This document shows, piece by piece, positions 1 to 8,650 of a stretch of DNA of 64,000 nt (within the stretch, counting starts at the first letter, position 1; each line of letters opens with the position of its first letter). Source of the DNA: Pseudomonadota bacterium (GTDB lineage Bacteria > Pseudomonadota > Alphaproteobacteria > Sphingomonadales > Sphingomonadaceae); NCBI GenBank assembly GCA_039195235.1, contig JBCCVO010000001.1, forward strand, positions 20,933 to 84,932, given 5' to 3'. The position numbers and the translations under genes are program-made. A model generated the notes under the pieces. That model was not told the origin of the DNA and made no database searches. It saw only the letters and a program-made list of their open reading frames with translations.

Positions 1-582
1 CCCGCGCCGGTGCTCACCGAAGAGCTGCAAGCCCGCACCATGACCGAGATCATCCATCCGACCGTGCGCGCCATGGCCATCGAGGGAATGCCCTATTCGG
101 GCGTGCTCTATGCCGGACTGATGCTGACGGCCGACGGCCCCAAGCTGATCGAATACAATTGCCGGTTCGGCGATCCGGAATGTCAGGTGCTAATGATGAG
201 ATTGCAGAGCGATCTGGCGGAGGTGATGCTGGCTTGCGCAAAGGGCGAACTGCATGGTGTCGAAGTTAAGTTCGCTGCGGAAACTGCGCTCACTGTGGTG
301 ATGGCAGCCAATGGCTATCCCGGTACACCCGAAAAGGGCGGGCCGATCGAACTGGGCGAAGCCCAAGCAGGCGGTGCGAAGGTCTTCCACGCAGGAACTG
401 CGGTCAAGGACGGCGCACTGGTCTCGAACGGAGGCCGCGTGCTCAACGTGACCGCGCTCGGGTCAAACGCCACTGAAGCGCAGGGTGCCGCGTATCGCGC
501 AGTCAACGCGGTCAAGTTCCCAAGCGGATTCCATCGGGAGGATATCGGCTGGCGCGAGGTTGAGCGGGAAGCCGAACAGTAA
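1..582 (+). CDS. purD: phosphoribosylamine--glycine ligase, C-terminal part (5' end outside window)
   Basis: Motifs GVLYAGLM, IEYNCRFGDPECQ, VFHAGT, NGGRVL. Confidence 0.95.
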   Translation, partial: PAPVLTEELQARTMTEIIHPTVRAMAIEGMPYSGVLYAGLMLTADGPKLIEYNCRFGDPECQVLMMRLQSDLAEVMLACAKGELHGVEVKFAAETALTVVMAANGYPGTPEKGGPIELGEAQAGGAKVFHAGTAVKDGALVSNGGRVLNVTALGSNATEAQGAAYRAVNAVKFPSGFHREDIGWREVEREAEQ

Positions 583-593
583 GCCGGACGGCC

Positions 594-1526
594 TTATTCG
601 TGGTCCATCGCTCCATCCGGATTATCGGCAAACACGCTCTGAAACTCCCGCATCAGCCATGCGCGGAAAGCTCTTACCTTTGCGGAGTGTCGTCGCACCT
701 CCGGGTAGACCAATCTGAACTTGGTACCCGGCCAAACCACTGCCTTGCCCACCCTTTGCAGTTTGCGATCTGCGATCTCGGCCGTGAACAGCGTCGAAGC
801 CAGGATCGCAATGCCGTCCCCACTCGCTGCGGCGGCCGCATCGAGCACCTGGGAATCGAACTGCAATCCGCGCGGAACGCTACCGTCATTGATCCCGGCC
901 CGGTTCGCGCAGCGCGTATCATCCCACAACTGCCACCAGGGATTGCCAGGGGAGATCCGGTATTCGTCCAGAATTGACGGGTCTTCAGCCTGCAAATCAG
1001 CGTGACGCGCGATGAAGTCGGGACTGGCGAAAGGCGCGATCCCCAGCCGCATCAGGAAATGCGAGACCAAAGATGCAGATACGTCCCGCGACAAGCGGAT
1101 GGCGACATCGCACTCACCAGCTTCGAGATCGACATACGCATCGCTTACATCAAGACGCACCGCGATCTCGGGATGCTCCAGCTGGAACTTGCCGAGACGC
1201 GGGGCGAGTATCTTCGTCGCAAACGTCTGAAAACACGCAATCGACAGCACGGAATCTTCGGCGTCCCCCAGGCTCGCAAACGCGCGCTCCATCGATGTGA
1301 AAGCCTGCGCGATACGTGGCGCAAGCGCTTCGCCAGCGGGGGTCAGTTCCATACTCCGGCCGTTGCGAACGAACAGGATGGTGCCAACACGCTGTTCGAG
1401 ATTCCTGATCTGATAGCTCACGCCAGCCTGCGTGAGACCCAGTTCCTCTCCGGCGCGGGTGTAGTTCCTGTGCCGGGCTGCGGCTTCAAAGGCGCGGATG
1501 GCTGACAAGGGGGGCAGGGCTCGCAT
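594..1526 (-). CDS. LysR-family regulator (GcvA-like)
   Basis: N-terminal LPPLSAIRAFEAAARH...ELGLTQAGVSYQIRNLE HTH; C-terminal KVRAFRAWL; ATG at 1526. Confidence 0.92.
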   Translation of the reverse strand: MRALPPLSAIRAFEAAARHRNYTRAGEELGLTQAGVSYQIRNLEQRVGTILFVRNGRSMELTPAGEALAPRIAQAFTSMERAFASLGDAEDSVLSIACFQTFATKILAPRLGKFQLEHPEIAVRLDVSDAYVDLEAGECDVAIRLSRDVSASLVSHFLMRLGIAPFASPDFIARHADLQAEDPSILDEYRISPGNPWWQLWDDTRCANRAGINDGSVPRGLQFDSQVLDAAAAASGDGIAILASTLFTAEIADRKLQRVGKAVVWPGTKFRLVYPEVRRHSAKVRAFRAWLMREFQSVFADNPDGAMDHE

Positions 1527-1534
1527 CGGCAATA

Positions 1535-1551
1535 CATAAGTTAAACTTATG
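1535..1551. promoter_or_regulatory. LysR-type T-N11-A operator
   Basis: Palindrome CATAAG-TTAAA-CTTATG between divergent lysR and urcA. Confidence 0.7.
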
Positions 1552-1627
1552 ATTATGGCCAGCGTTTGATTGGCCTTCCCACTGAGATTGGATCATCTCT
1601 TGTGCATCGAACACAAGGGAGACCGAT

Positions 1628-1954
1628 ATGAAGAAAGTAGCATTCGCAGTCGCACTTGCGCTTGGAATGGTGTCAAATCCCGCTTTGGCGGATGGTTCGG
1701 AAAAAAGGGCCTTCGCGACCTACTCCGACCTTGATCTGACCAAGGCAGCGGGGCGCGCCACGTTCGACAGGCGGCTCAAAAACGCCATCAACAAAGTCTG
1801 TCAGTCTGATTGGTCACGCTCAGTCCGCGTCAATTCCGAAGCCAGGAAATGCAAGGCGAAGCTGCGCGAGAAAACCACCCCCATGCGCGACGCCATCATC
1901 GCCAAGGCGCAGGCGCGGGCGAGCCGCAATACGCTTGCGGCAAACCCGCGCTGA
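1628..1954 (+). CDS. UrcA-family periplasmic protein
   Basis: Signal peptide; YSDLDLTKAAGRATFDRRLKNAINKVC motif and second Cys; RBS GGGAG. Confidence 0.85.
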   Translation: MKKVAFAVALALGMVSNPALADGSEKRAFATYSDLDLTKAAGRATFDRRLKNAINKVCQSDWSRSVRVNSEARKCKAKLREKTTPMRDAIIAKAQARASRNTLAANPR

Positions 1955-1960
1955 CCTGAA

Positions 1961-1997
1961 CGACCCCGCCTGACGTTGTCCCTGTCAGGCGGGGTCG
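1961..1997 (+). terminator. 14-bp GC-rich hairpin after urcA (terminator-like, no U-tract)
   Basis: CGACCCCGCCTGAC-gttgtccct-GTCAGGCGGGGTCG, perfect inverted repeat. Confidence 0.6.
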
Positions 1998-2072
1998 CTC
2001 AACACCGCGCCGAAGGACCTCGTCGCATAAGCTGAACGCATGGTCCCGGGCCATGAAGTGGCCTTGTCAAAT

Positions 2073-2086
2073 TTGACCTCGATCAA
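2073..2086 (+). promoter_or_regulatory. FNR/FixK-type box
   Basis: TTGAC-CTCG-ATCAA, one mismatch to TTGAT-N4-ATCAA, 33 bp before the cytochrome c ATG. Confidence 0.7.
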
Positions 2087-2119
2087 TGAAGCTGACGCAC
2101 GGTTGTGCTCATTGGAAGC

Positions 2120-2506
2120 ATGACACAGCGCCCTTTCCTACGTTCCGCTCTGGTCGCCTCTCTGGCGGCCTTCGCAGCCCTTTTGGCAGCCTGCCAGACC
2201 TATGGCACTCCGGCGGCAGAAAGCGCCTCTGCTCAGACCACGGCCAATCCGCCCGCTTTCGTCGAAGCGGCCTGCGGGGGATGTCAGGCGGTGGAGCCAC
2301 CGTTTCTCTCGCCCAATCCGGAAGCGCCCAGCTTTGAGGCGATCGCCAATCGCGAAGGGCTGACCGAGGCGACGCTCGCGAGCTGGCTGACAGATGCGCA
2401 CAACTATCCGGAGGTGATGGACTTCGATCTCATGCCCGAGCAGGCGCAGGAAATCGCGGATTACATGATCACCCTGCGGCAAGCCGATTATCGCCGCGTC
2501 GAATAG
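2120..2506 (+). CDS. cytochrome c-like lipoprotein with variant CxxCQ motif
   Basis: Lipobox LAAC; CGGCQ; SPNPEAPSFEAIAN; candidate distal Met in YPEVMDF. Confidence 0.75.
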   Translation: MTQRPFLRSALVASLAAFAALLAACQTYGTPAAESASAQTTANPPAFVEAACGGCQAVEPPFLSPNPEAPSFEAIANREGLTEATLASWLTDAHNYPEVMDFDLMPEQAQEIADYMITLRQADYRRVE

Positions 2507-2734
2507 CGGGCTTTCCTACCCGACCAGCGCTGGGTAGCGTTGGCTCGCTCTTTCACATCGTCGGCATCATTCCAGAACGCGCATTTCACTCGTAACGTGT
2601 CAACTTCGCCATCTTGTCACAACCCACTCTTTATAAGAGATAATTCGTTCCAAACATCGGGCGACACACTGTCAACTTTGTCAACTTTGGAAGGGGTGTT
2701 AATCTTCCTCACCTCATGCAGAGCGTGCAGAAAG

Positions 2735-3727
2735 CTACAACCTCTCGCTCATCAGCTCCTGCATATTGGCTTCAGGGCGCGGGCCGTAATGCGAGATCAC
2801 TTCCGATGCCGCGATCGCACCGCGCTTCAAGCAGCTGGTCAATGGCTCGTCCTTGGCAAAGCCCGACAGAAAGCCGGCGGCGAACTGATCGCCCGCTCCG
2901 GTCGTATCGACCACTTTGGTCACGGGTACGGCCGCGACTTCGGCGCGATCTCCATGAGCGATGGCAACCGCACCCTTTTCGCTGCGGGTCGCGACCAACA
3001 CCGGAACCTTGTCTGAGACGGCCGCGATTCCGGCTTCAAAATCATCCTCGCCAGTCAGGGTCGCCAGCTCGCTTTCATTGACAAACAGGATGTCGATCAC
3101 GCCGTCGTCGATCATCTGACGGAAATCGTCGCCGTGGCGATCGATCACGAAGCTTTCGCTGGCAGTGAAGGCGATCTTGCGACCCGCTTCGCGCGCAACC
3201 TCAATGGCGCGGCGCATCGCGCGGCGCGGCTCTTCGGGATCCCACAGATATCCTTCGAGATAAAGGATCGCGCCACTTGCTATCAATGCCTCGTCCAGCG
3301 CGCTCGCCGGCAGGTACTGGCCCGCGCCAAGGAACGTATTCATGGTCCGTTCGCCATCTGGCGTCACGAAGATCAGCACACGACCCGTCGCCGGCTCGCC
3401 GTCTCGCGCAGGCGTGTCGAAATCGATGCCGGTGGCGTTCATGTCATGACGGAAGACCTTGCCAAGCTGATCGTCTGCGACCTGGCCAATAAAGGCGCAT
3501 TGCAAGCCAAGTGTCGAAAGACCCGCCAGCGTGTTCGCGGCTGACCCGCCCGAGACTTCGCGCGCGGGCGGCATGGCGTTGTATAGTTCGTCGGCCCGTG
3601 CCTCGTCGATCAGGGTCATACCCCCGCGATTGAGCTGCAATTCCTCGATCAGCTCCTCTTCGCACGAGGCAATTACGTCGACCACGGCATTGCCGATGGC
3701 GATCACATCATAGCGCGGCTCAGTCAC
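2735..3727 (-). CDS. PfkB-family carbohydrate/adenosine kinase
   Basis: GNAVVD, GGSAAN, DGERTM, VVDTTGAGDQFAAGF. Confidence 0.93.
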   Translation of the reverse strand: MTEPRYDVIAIGNAVVDVIASCEEELIEELQLNRGGMTLIDEARADELYNAMPPAREVSGGSAANTLAGLSTLGLQCAFIGQVADDQLGKVFRHDMNATGIDFDTPARDGEPATGRVLIFVTPDGERTMNTFLGAGQYLPASALDEALIASGAILYLEGYLWDPEEPRRAMRRAIEVAREAGRKIAFTASESFVIDRHGDDFRQMIDDGVIDILFVNESELATLTGEDDFEAGIAAVSDKVPVLVATRSEKGAVAIAHGDRAEVAAVPVTKVVDTTGAGDQFAAGFLSGFAKDEPLTSCLKRGAIAASEVISHYGPRPEANMQELMSERL

Positions 3728-3897
3728 TCAGATCCATCCTGTAGATACGGAAAACACATTATGGGCATCGCCTAGCGGGGTCCGCGCGATTGGCCAAGGG
3801 CGCATGACCTGCGCCTGCGTTAAATTTCAGATTGTCTGGGAATGGCGGCCGATCGCGGTTTGACTTGGCTGGCGATATGGGCGCATTCCCCAGAGCC

Positions 3898-4605
3898 ATG
3901 ACGGCCATTATCGCCTCACTCATCAAAGCCGTCCGACAGCTCGCCGATCCAGCCGTGCTGGGCATCGCGGCAAAGAGCGTTGCGATCACGCTGGCAGTGT
4001 TCGTCGCCGGCGGCATCGGGCTGTATTTCGGGCTGGTCTATGCGTTTGAAAGGTTCGGGCTTGAAGGCAGCGGCTTCGCCAGCGCTGTCGCCGCCGCAAT
4101 CACCGCAATGGTCGCGTTCTGGTTCCTGTTCCGCATCGTAGCGCTGGCGGTACTGCAGTTCTTTGCAGATGAGATCGTCGCTGCGGTGGAGAAACAGCAC
4201 TACCCAGAAGCCGCGTGCCAGGCTCGCGCGCTACCCTTTCGCCGCGACCTTGCCAATTCACTGCGCGGGCTGGGGCGGGCAGTCCTGTTCAACCTGCTCG
4301 CGCTGCCGGTGGCGATAGCCTTGATATTCACGGCGATTGGTCCGGCGATCGTGTTTCTGCTGGTCAACGCAGTGCTGTTGGGCCGCGAGTTGACCGATAT
4401 GGCATGGTTACGGCATTGCGGCGATGAGCCAGCGAACAGCCCGGTGCCCGCTTTCGACAGGTTCATCCTTGGCGGTGCGATTGCTGCGCTGATGCTTGTT
4501 CCGCTTGCAGGCTTGCTTGCGCCGATAATCGGCGCAGCGGCTGGAACACATGTCACCCAACGTGCGATCGGCAATCGATCGCAAGGCGGATTGACCAATG
4601 CGTAA
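3898..4605 (+). CDS. EI24/CysZ-like membrane protein
   Basis: Several TM segments; FADEIVAAVEKQHYP; LVNAVLLGREL; start may be 3877. Confidence 0.75.
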   Translation: MTAIIASLIKAVRQLADPAVLGIAAKSVAITLAVFVAGGIGLYFGLVYAFERFGLEGSGFASAVAAAITAMVAFWFLFRIVALAVLQFFADEIVAAVEKQHYPEAACQARALPFRRDLANSLRGLGRAVLFNLLALPVAIALIFTAIGPAIVFLLVNAVLLGRELTDMAWLRHCGDEPANSPVPAFDRFILGGAIAALMLVPLAGLLAPIIGAAAGTHVTQRAIGNRSQGGLTNA

Positions 4606-4996
4606 GTCTGTCATCTTGTTCTGCACACTGGCGCTGTCGGCCTGCGCAGGCGGCTCTGCCGAAGCACCGATCCAGCGTCCAGTCGCGGCTCCACCCGCAC
4701 AGCCAAGCGGATCATTCCGCGCGCCGGAAGTACAGCGCGAGCGTGGTATCGACGGAGTGATCGGTGCGCGCGCGGCTGAGCTCACCCGGCGATTTGGCAG
4801 CGCACGCATTGACCTTGCCGAAGGGGACGCACGCAAATTGCAGTTCAGCGGGCGTCGCTGCGTGCTCGATATCTTTCTCTACCCCCTCGAACCGGGGCAG
4901 GAACCGGTTGCCACCCATGTTGAGGCCAGGCTCCGTAAAGGTGGCGACGAAGTCGACCGCGGCCGCTGCATCTCCGAGATTTCAGGCCAGAATTGA
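4598..4996 (+). CDS. conserved lipoprotein, unknown function
   Basis: Lipobox LSAC; EGDARKLQF...CVLDIFLYP; overlaps upstream stop. Confidence 0.75.
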   Translation: MRKSVILFCTLALSACAGGSAEAPIQRPVAAPPAQPSGSFRAPEVQRERGIDGVIGARAAELTRRFGSARIDLAEGDARKLQFSGRRCVLDIFLYPLEPGQEPVATHVEARLRKGGDEVDRGRCISEISGQN

Positions 4997-5076
4997 GCTG
5001 CATTCAAAGATGGTAACGCGGTCTTAAGCGTGTTCGTGCGATATCATGTGCGAACTAAAGAAGGTTTGACCGGCAT

Positions 5077-6030
5077 ATGACCACGCATTTTTCCGAACTT
5101 GCACAGCGCGCCGCCGCTGACGGCCAGGTTTCGCCAGAGGAAGTCCTCGCGCTTCGCCGCCAGGGCTGGGGCGATGGCGCGATCCATCAGGACGAAGCCG
5201 AGGCACTGTTCGCACTCAACGACTCGCTCACTGAACGGTCCGAGGAATGGTGTGATTTCTTCGTCGAGGCCATCGGCGAATACGTGCTCAACGGCACGAA
5301 ACCGCGCTTGCAGTGCAGCGATTCAGAGGCCGAGTGGCTGATTGCCAAGGTTGATCACGATGGCGTGCTGGAAAGCATGGTCGAGCTCGAAACAATCGTC
5401 CGCATCATCGAACGCGCGGAAAACGTGCCCGAGCGGCTCAAGCAATATGTGCTCGAACAGGTCGAGCGCGAAGTGCTGACCGGCACCGGACCAACCCGTT
5501 GTGGCGGCGAGCTGTCTGCGACGCATATAAGCTCCGCTGAATGCCGCATCCTGCGCCGCGTGATCTTCGCCAGCGGCGGCCATGGCCCTGCAGCGGTAAG
5601 TCGGTTCGATGCCGAATTGCTGTTCCGACTGAAAGACGCAACGCTGGCCGATGAAAACGCTGAGGAATGGGGCGACCTGTTCGTCGATGGTGTTGCAAAC
5701 TTCCTGCGAGGTTTTGTGCTCGACAACGCGCAGCTAACTCACGCGCGCAAGGCCGAGCTGGTCAAATTCGTCGAGACGGAAAGCAAAGGTCACGGCGCGT
5801 TTCTCGCCAACATGGTCCGCTCTGCCCCCAATCTGAGGCGCAATATCACCTGGGCACGTGAACACCTTGCGGGCACGGACGGCCCGCAAAACGACTACGA
5901 AGCAGACGCGGCGGCCGGGCATGAGGTTACCTCGCACGAGCAGAGCTGGCTCGACGGCGCGCTAGATGCCGACGGCCATATCGACGAGCTGGAACAGCGT
6001 CTGATCAAGCGGTTGGCCGACGAAGACTGA
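5077..6030 (+). CDS. acidic alpha-helical hypothetical protein with internal duplication (possibly TerB-like)
   Basis: 317-aa ORF; two similar halves (AEALFAL...EEWCDFFVEAI / AELLFRL...EEWGDLFVDGV). Confidence 0.75.
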   Translation: MTTHFSELAQRAAADGQVSPEEVLALRRQGWGDGAIHQDEAEALFALNDSLTERSEEWCDFFVEAIGEYVLNGTKPRLQCSDSEAEWLIAKVDHDGVLESMVELETIVRIIERAENVPERLKQYVLEQVEREVLTGTGPTRCGGELSATHISSAECRILRRVIFASGGHGPAAVSRFDAELLFRLKDATLADENAEEWGDLFVDGVANFLRGFVLDNAQLTHARKAELVKFVETESKGHGAFLANMVRSAPNLRRNITWAREHLAGTDGPQNDYEADAAAGHEVTSHEQSWLDGALDADGHIDELEQRLIKRLADED

Positions 6031-6053
6031 TAAATCGCTGACCGCGAGATCAG

Positions 6054-6410
6054 TCAGACCATGAAGCTTTCACCGCAGCCGCAGGCACCTTTGGCATTCG
6101 GATTCTCGAACACGAAGCCGGCAGTGAAATCATCCTCCTGCCAGTCCATGATTGAGCCTACGAGATAGAGGACGCTCGCGCCGTCGATATAAAATGTACC
6201 GCCTGGAGTTTCGATTTTCTCGTCGAACTTGGCCTCTTCGGTGACGTAGTCGACCGAATAGGCAAGGCCCGAACATCCGCGGCGCGGGGTTGAGAGTTTC
6301 ACGCCGATTGCGTCGTCCGGTGCCTGGCTCATCAGGTGCGCAATGCGCGATTCGGCACCGGCAGTCAGGACAACGGCAGCAGGCCGTTCGCGGGCTTTCA
6401 TATCGGTCAT
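6054..6410 (-). CDS. sufA: A-type Fe-S carrier (SufA/IscA)
   Basis: RGCSGLAY and NPNAKGACGCGESF; last gene of the suf operon. Confidence 0.9.
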   Translation of the reverse strand: MTDMKARERPAAVVLTAGAESRIAHLMSQAPDDAIGVKLSTPRRGCSGLAYSVDYVTEEAKFDEKIETPGGTFYIDGASVLYLVGSIMDWQEDDFTAGFVFENPNAKGACGCGESFMV

Positions 6411-6898
6411 GCAGCCAACTCCTTTTGCCAGAAAAGGGCATTACCCTTGCTCGGGTCCAGCTGATAGTCACCATAGCCCAAGGAGCCATACAACGCCTTA
6501 GCTGGCTCGTTACCGCTCAGCACTTCCAGTGTGACCTTGCAGGCACCCCTCGCAGCGGCCATGGCCTCGATTTCCGCGAACAGCGCCTTGCCAATGCCCT
6601 GGCCGCGAAACTCGGCCTTAACGATCACGTCATGAATATTGACCAGCGGCTTGGCGGCGAACGTAGAGAAGCCGACAAAGCAATTGGCGAGCCCAGCTGG
6701 AGCATTGTCGGCGTAGGCAATCAGGGAAAAAGCATTGGGCTGATCTTGAAGCCTTGCAGCGAGTGCCTCTTTAGCGTCTGCCGGCAATGGCTGACCGCCA
6801 CCCATGGGATCGCGCGCATAATAGTCGAGTAGATGTGTCAGATCGGAAGCGTCCGCTTGATCGGAATAGTCGACCTGCCTGATCTTGATGGTCGCCAT
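6407..6898 (-). CDS. GNAT-family N-acetyltransferase
   Basis: Acetyl-CoA motif FRGQGIG; LEVLSGNEPAKALYGSLGY; overlaps both neighbours. Confidence 0.9.
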   Translation of the reverse strand: MATIKIRQVDYSDQADASDLTHLLDYYARDPMGGGQPLPADAKEALAARLQDQPNAFSLIAYADNAPAGLANCFVGFSTFAAKPLVNIHDVIVKAEFRGQGIGKALFAEIEAMAAARGACKVTLEVLSGNEPAKALYGSLGYGDYQLDPSKGNALFWQKELAA

Positions 6899-7419
6899 CA
6901 CAGCATCCCCAGTTCGAGGCGCGCTTCATCCGACATCTTTTCCGGGCTCCACGGCGGATCCCAGACGAGATTGACCTCCGCATCGCGAATGCCAGGCACT
7001 GACGAGGCGCGCAGCTCAACCTCGCCTGGCATCGTCTCGGCGACCGGACAATGCGGCGTGGTCAACGTCATAGTGACCGTGACATCGGCTTCATCATCGA
7101 CATCGACACCATAGATCAGGCCAAGATCGTAGATGTTGACCGGGATTTCGGGGTCGTAGATTTCCTTCAGCGCATCGACGACCGCGGACTGCAATTCGCT
7201 GCCTGCGCCACCAACCGAATCGTCGGCGGGCCTGGCCGCGAGGAAGCCGTCAAGATAGTCGCGCTCGCGCTTTTTCGTAGCGATGGGAAGTTCTTCGTCC
7301 GGATCAATCGCGTCTGACACCCGCGCGCGAGGCGGCTTTTGCGTCAAGATCTCATCATTCGGAGCGGGTGCGGCGACAAATTCGCGTTCTTCGCCAAGAT
7401 CGTTCGACATCTTGTTCAT
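6898..7419 (-). CDS. sufT: SUF Fe-S assembly protein (DUF59/SufT)
   Basis: IYDPEIPVNIYDLGLIY, TLTTPHCP, WDPPW...MSDEARLELGML. Confidence 0.9.
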   Translation of the reverse strand: MNKMSNDLGEEREFVAAPAPNDEILTQKPPRARVSDAIDPDEELPIATKKRERDYLDGFLAARPADDSVGGAGSELQSAVVDALKEIYDPEIPVNIYDLGLIYGVDVDDEADVTVTMTLTTPHCPVAETMPGEVELRASSVPGIRDAEVNLVWDPPWSPEKMSDEARLELGML

Positions 7420-7423
7420 GGGC

Positions 7424-8650
7424 CTACTCTCTTCCAAAAATCCGGCGCGTGCGGTCGATCCCTTCGAGCAGCGCATCGACATCGGCGTCTGTGGAATACA
7501 CACCGAAACTCGCGCGAGCGGTCGCGGGAACGCCGAGATAATCCATCAGCGGCTGCGCGCAATGATGCCCGGCCCGGATCGCGACACTGGCTTCGTCGAG
7601 GATGGTGCCTAGATCGTGTGGATGTATCCCGTCAATTGCGAAGCTGACAATCCCGGCGCTGTCAGAAGGGCCGAACAGGGTCACATCGTTCATGGCGCCA
7701 AGCTCGCGGCGCAACCTGGTGACCAGGGCTGCCTCGATCTCGTGAATGTGCGCCATCCCGATCTCATGAACGTAGTCGGCAGCTGCAGCAAAAGCGATGG
7801 CCTCGGTGATCGCCGGAGTGCCTGCCTCGAAACGCTGCGGCGCGGGCGCGTAGGTGGTTTTTTCGAAGGTTACGCGGTCGATCATCGAGCCACCGCCTTC
7901 CCAAGGTGGCATCGCATCCAGGATTTCGCCGCGCGCCCACAAGGCGCCGATCCCGGTCGGGCCATAGAGCTTGTGCGCGCTGAAGACGTAGAAGTCGCAA
8001 TCCATGGCGCTCACATCAACCGGCATGTGTGGAGCAGACTGGCAGCCATCGAGCAGCAATTTCGCACCGACTGCGTGCGCGAGTTCTGCCGCGCGGGGCG
8101 CATCAAGCACGCTGCCCAGCACGTTCGATACGTGGCACAGCGCAACCAGCTTGTGCCGTTCGCTCAGCATCTCTTCTGCCGCATCCAAGTCGATCTGATG
8201 ATCGTCGGTCAGCGGGCATATGTCGATCTCGGCACCGGTTGCATCTGCGACCATCTGCCAAGGCACGATGTTCGAGTGGTGCTCCAATTGAGAGAGAAGG
8301 ATGCGGTCGCCTGTTTTCAGGCTCGCCCTGCCCCAACTGTTCGCAACCAGGTTGATCGCCTCGGTCGCCCCGCGTGTAAAGACGACCTCTTCCTCACGGC
8401 CACCGAGGAAGCTCGCGATCTGCCGACGCGCGCCTTCGTAGGCCAGCGTCATCTCCGCCGAACGCGAGTAAACGCCGCGATGAACGGTCGCGTAATCCTC
8501 ACCCAGCGCGCGCGCCATCGCGTCGATAACAGCGCGCGGCTTTTGCGCGGTCGCAGCGGTGTCGAGATAGTGCCACGGCGCGCCGTCCCGGCTAACAAGG
8601 CCAGGAAAGTCGGCTCGCAGGTCACGATCGATGGCAGTTGGGGCGTTCAC
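7424..8650 (-). CDS. sufS: cysteine desulfurase
   Basis: YLDTAATAQKP, EHHSNIVPW, SAHKLYGPTG, RAGHHCAQP. Confidence 0.95.
   Translation of the reverse strand: MNAPTAIDRDLRADFPGLVSRDGAPWHYLDTAATAQKPRAVIDAMARALGEDYATVHRGVYSRSAEMTLAYEGARRQIASFLGGREEEVVFTRGATEAINLVANSWGRASLKTGDRILLSQLEHHSNIVPWQMVADATGAEIDICPLTDDHQIDLDAAEEMLSERHKLVALCHVSNVLGSVLDAPRAAELAHAVGAKLLLDGCQSAPHMPVDVSAMDCDFYVFSAHKLYGPTGIGALWARGEILDAMPPWEGGGSMIDRVTFEKTTYAPAPQRFEAGTPAITEAIAFAAAADYVHEIGMAHIHEIEAALVTRLRRELGAMNDVTLFGPSDSAGIVSFAIDGIHPHDLGTILDEASVAIRAGHHCAQPLMDYLGVPATARASFGVYSTDADVDALLEGIDRTRRIFGRE

Noticed and set aside
2540-3016. 158-aa + strand ORF containing TLSTLSTL
   Set aside because: TTG start without RBS, mostly antisense to the kinase gene; the peptide repeat only reflects the DNA tandem repeat
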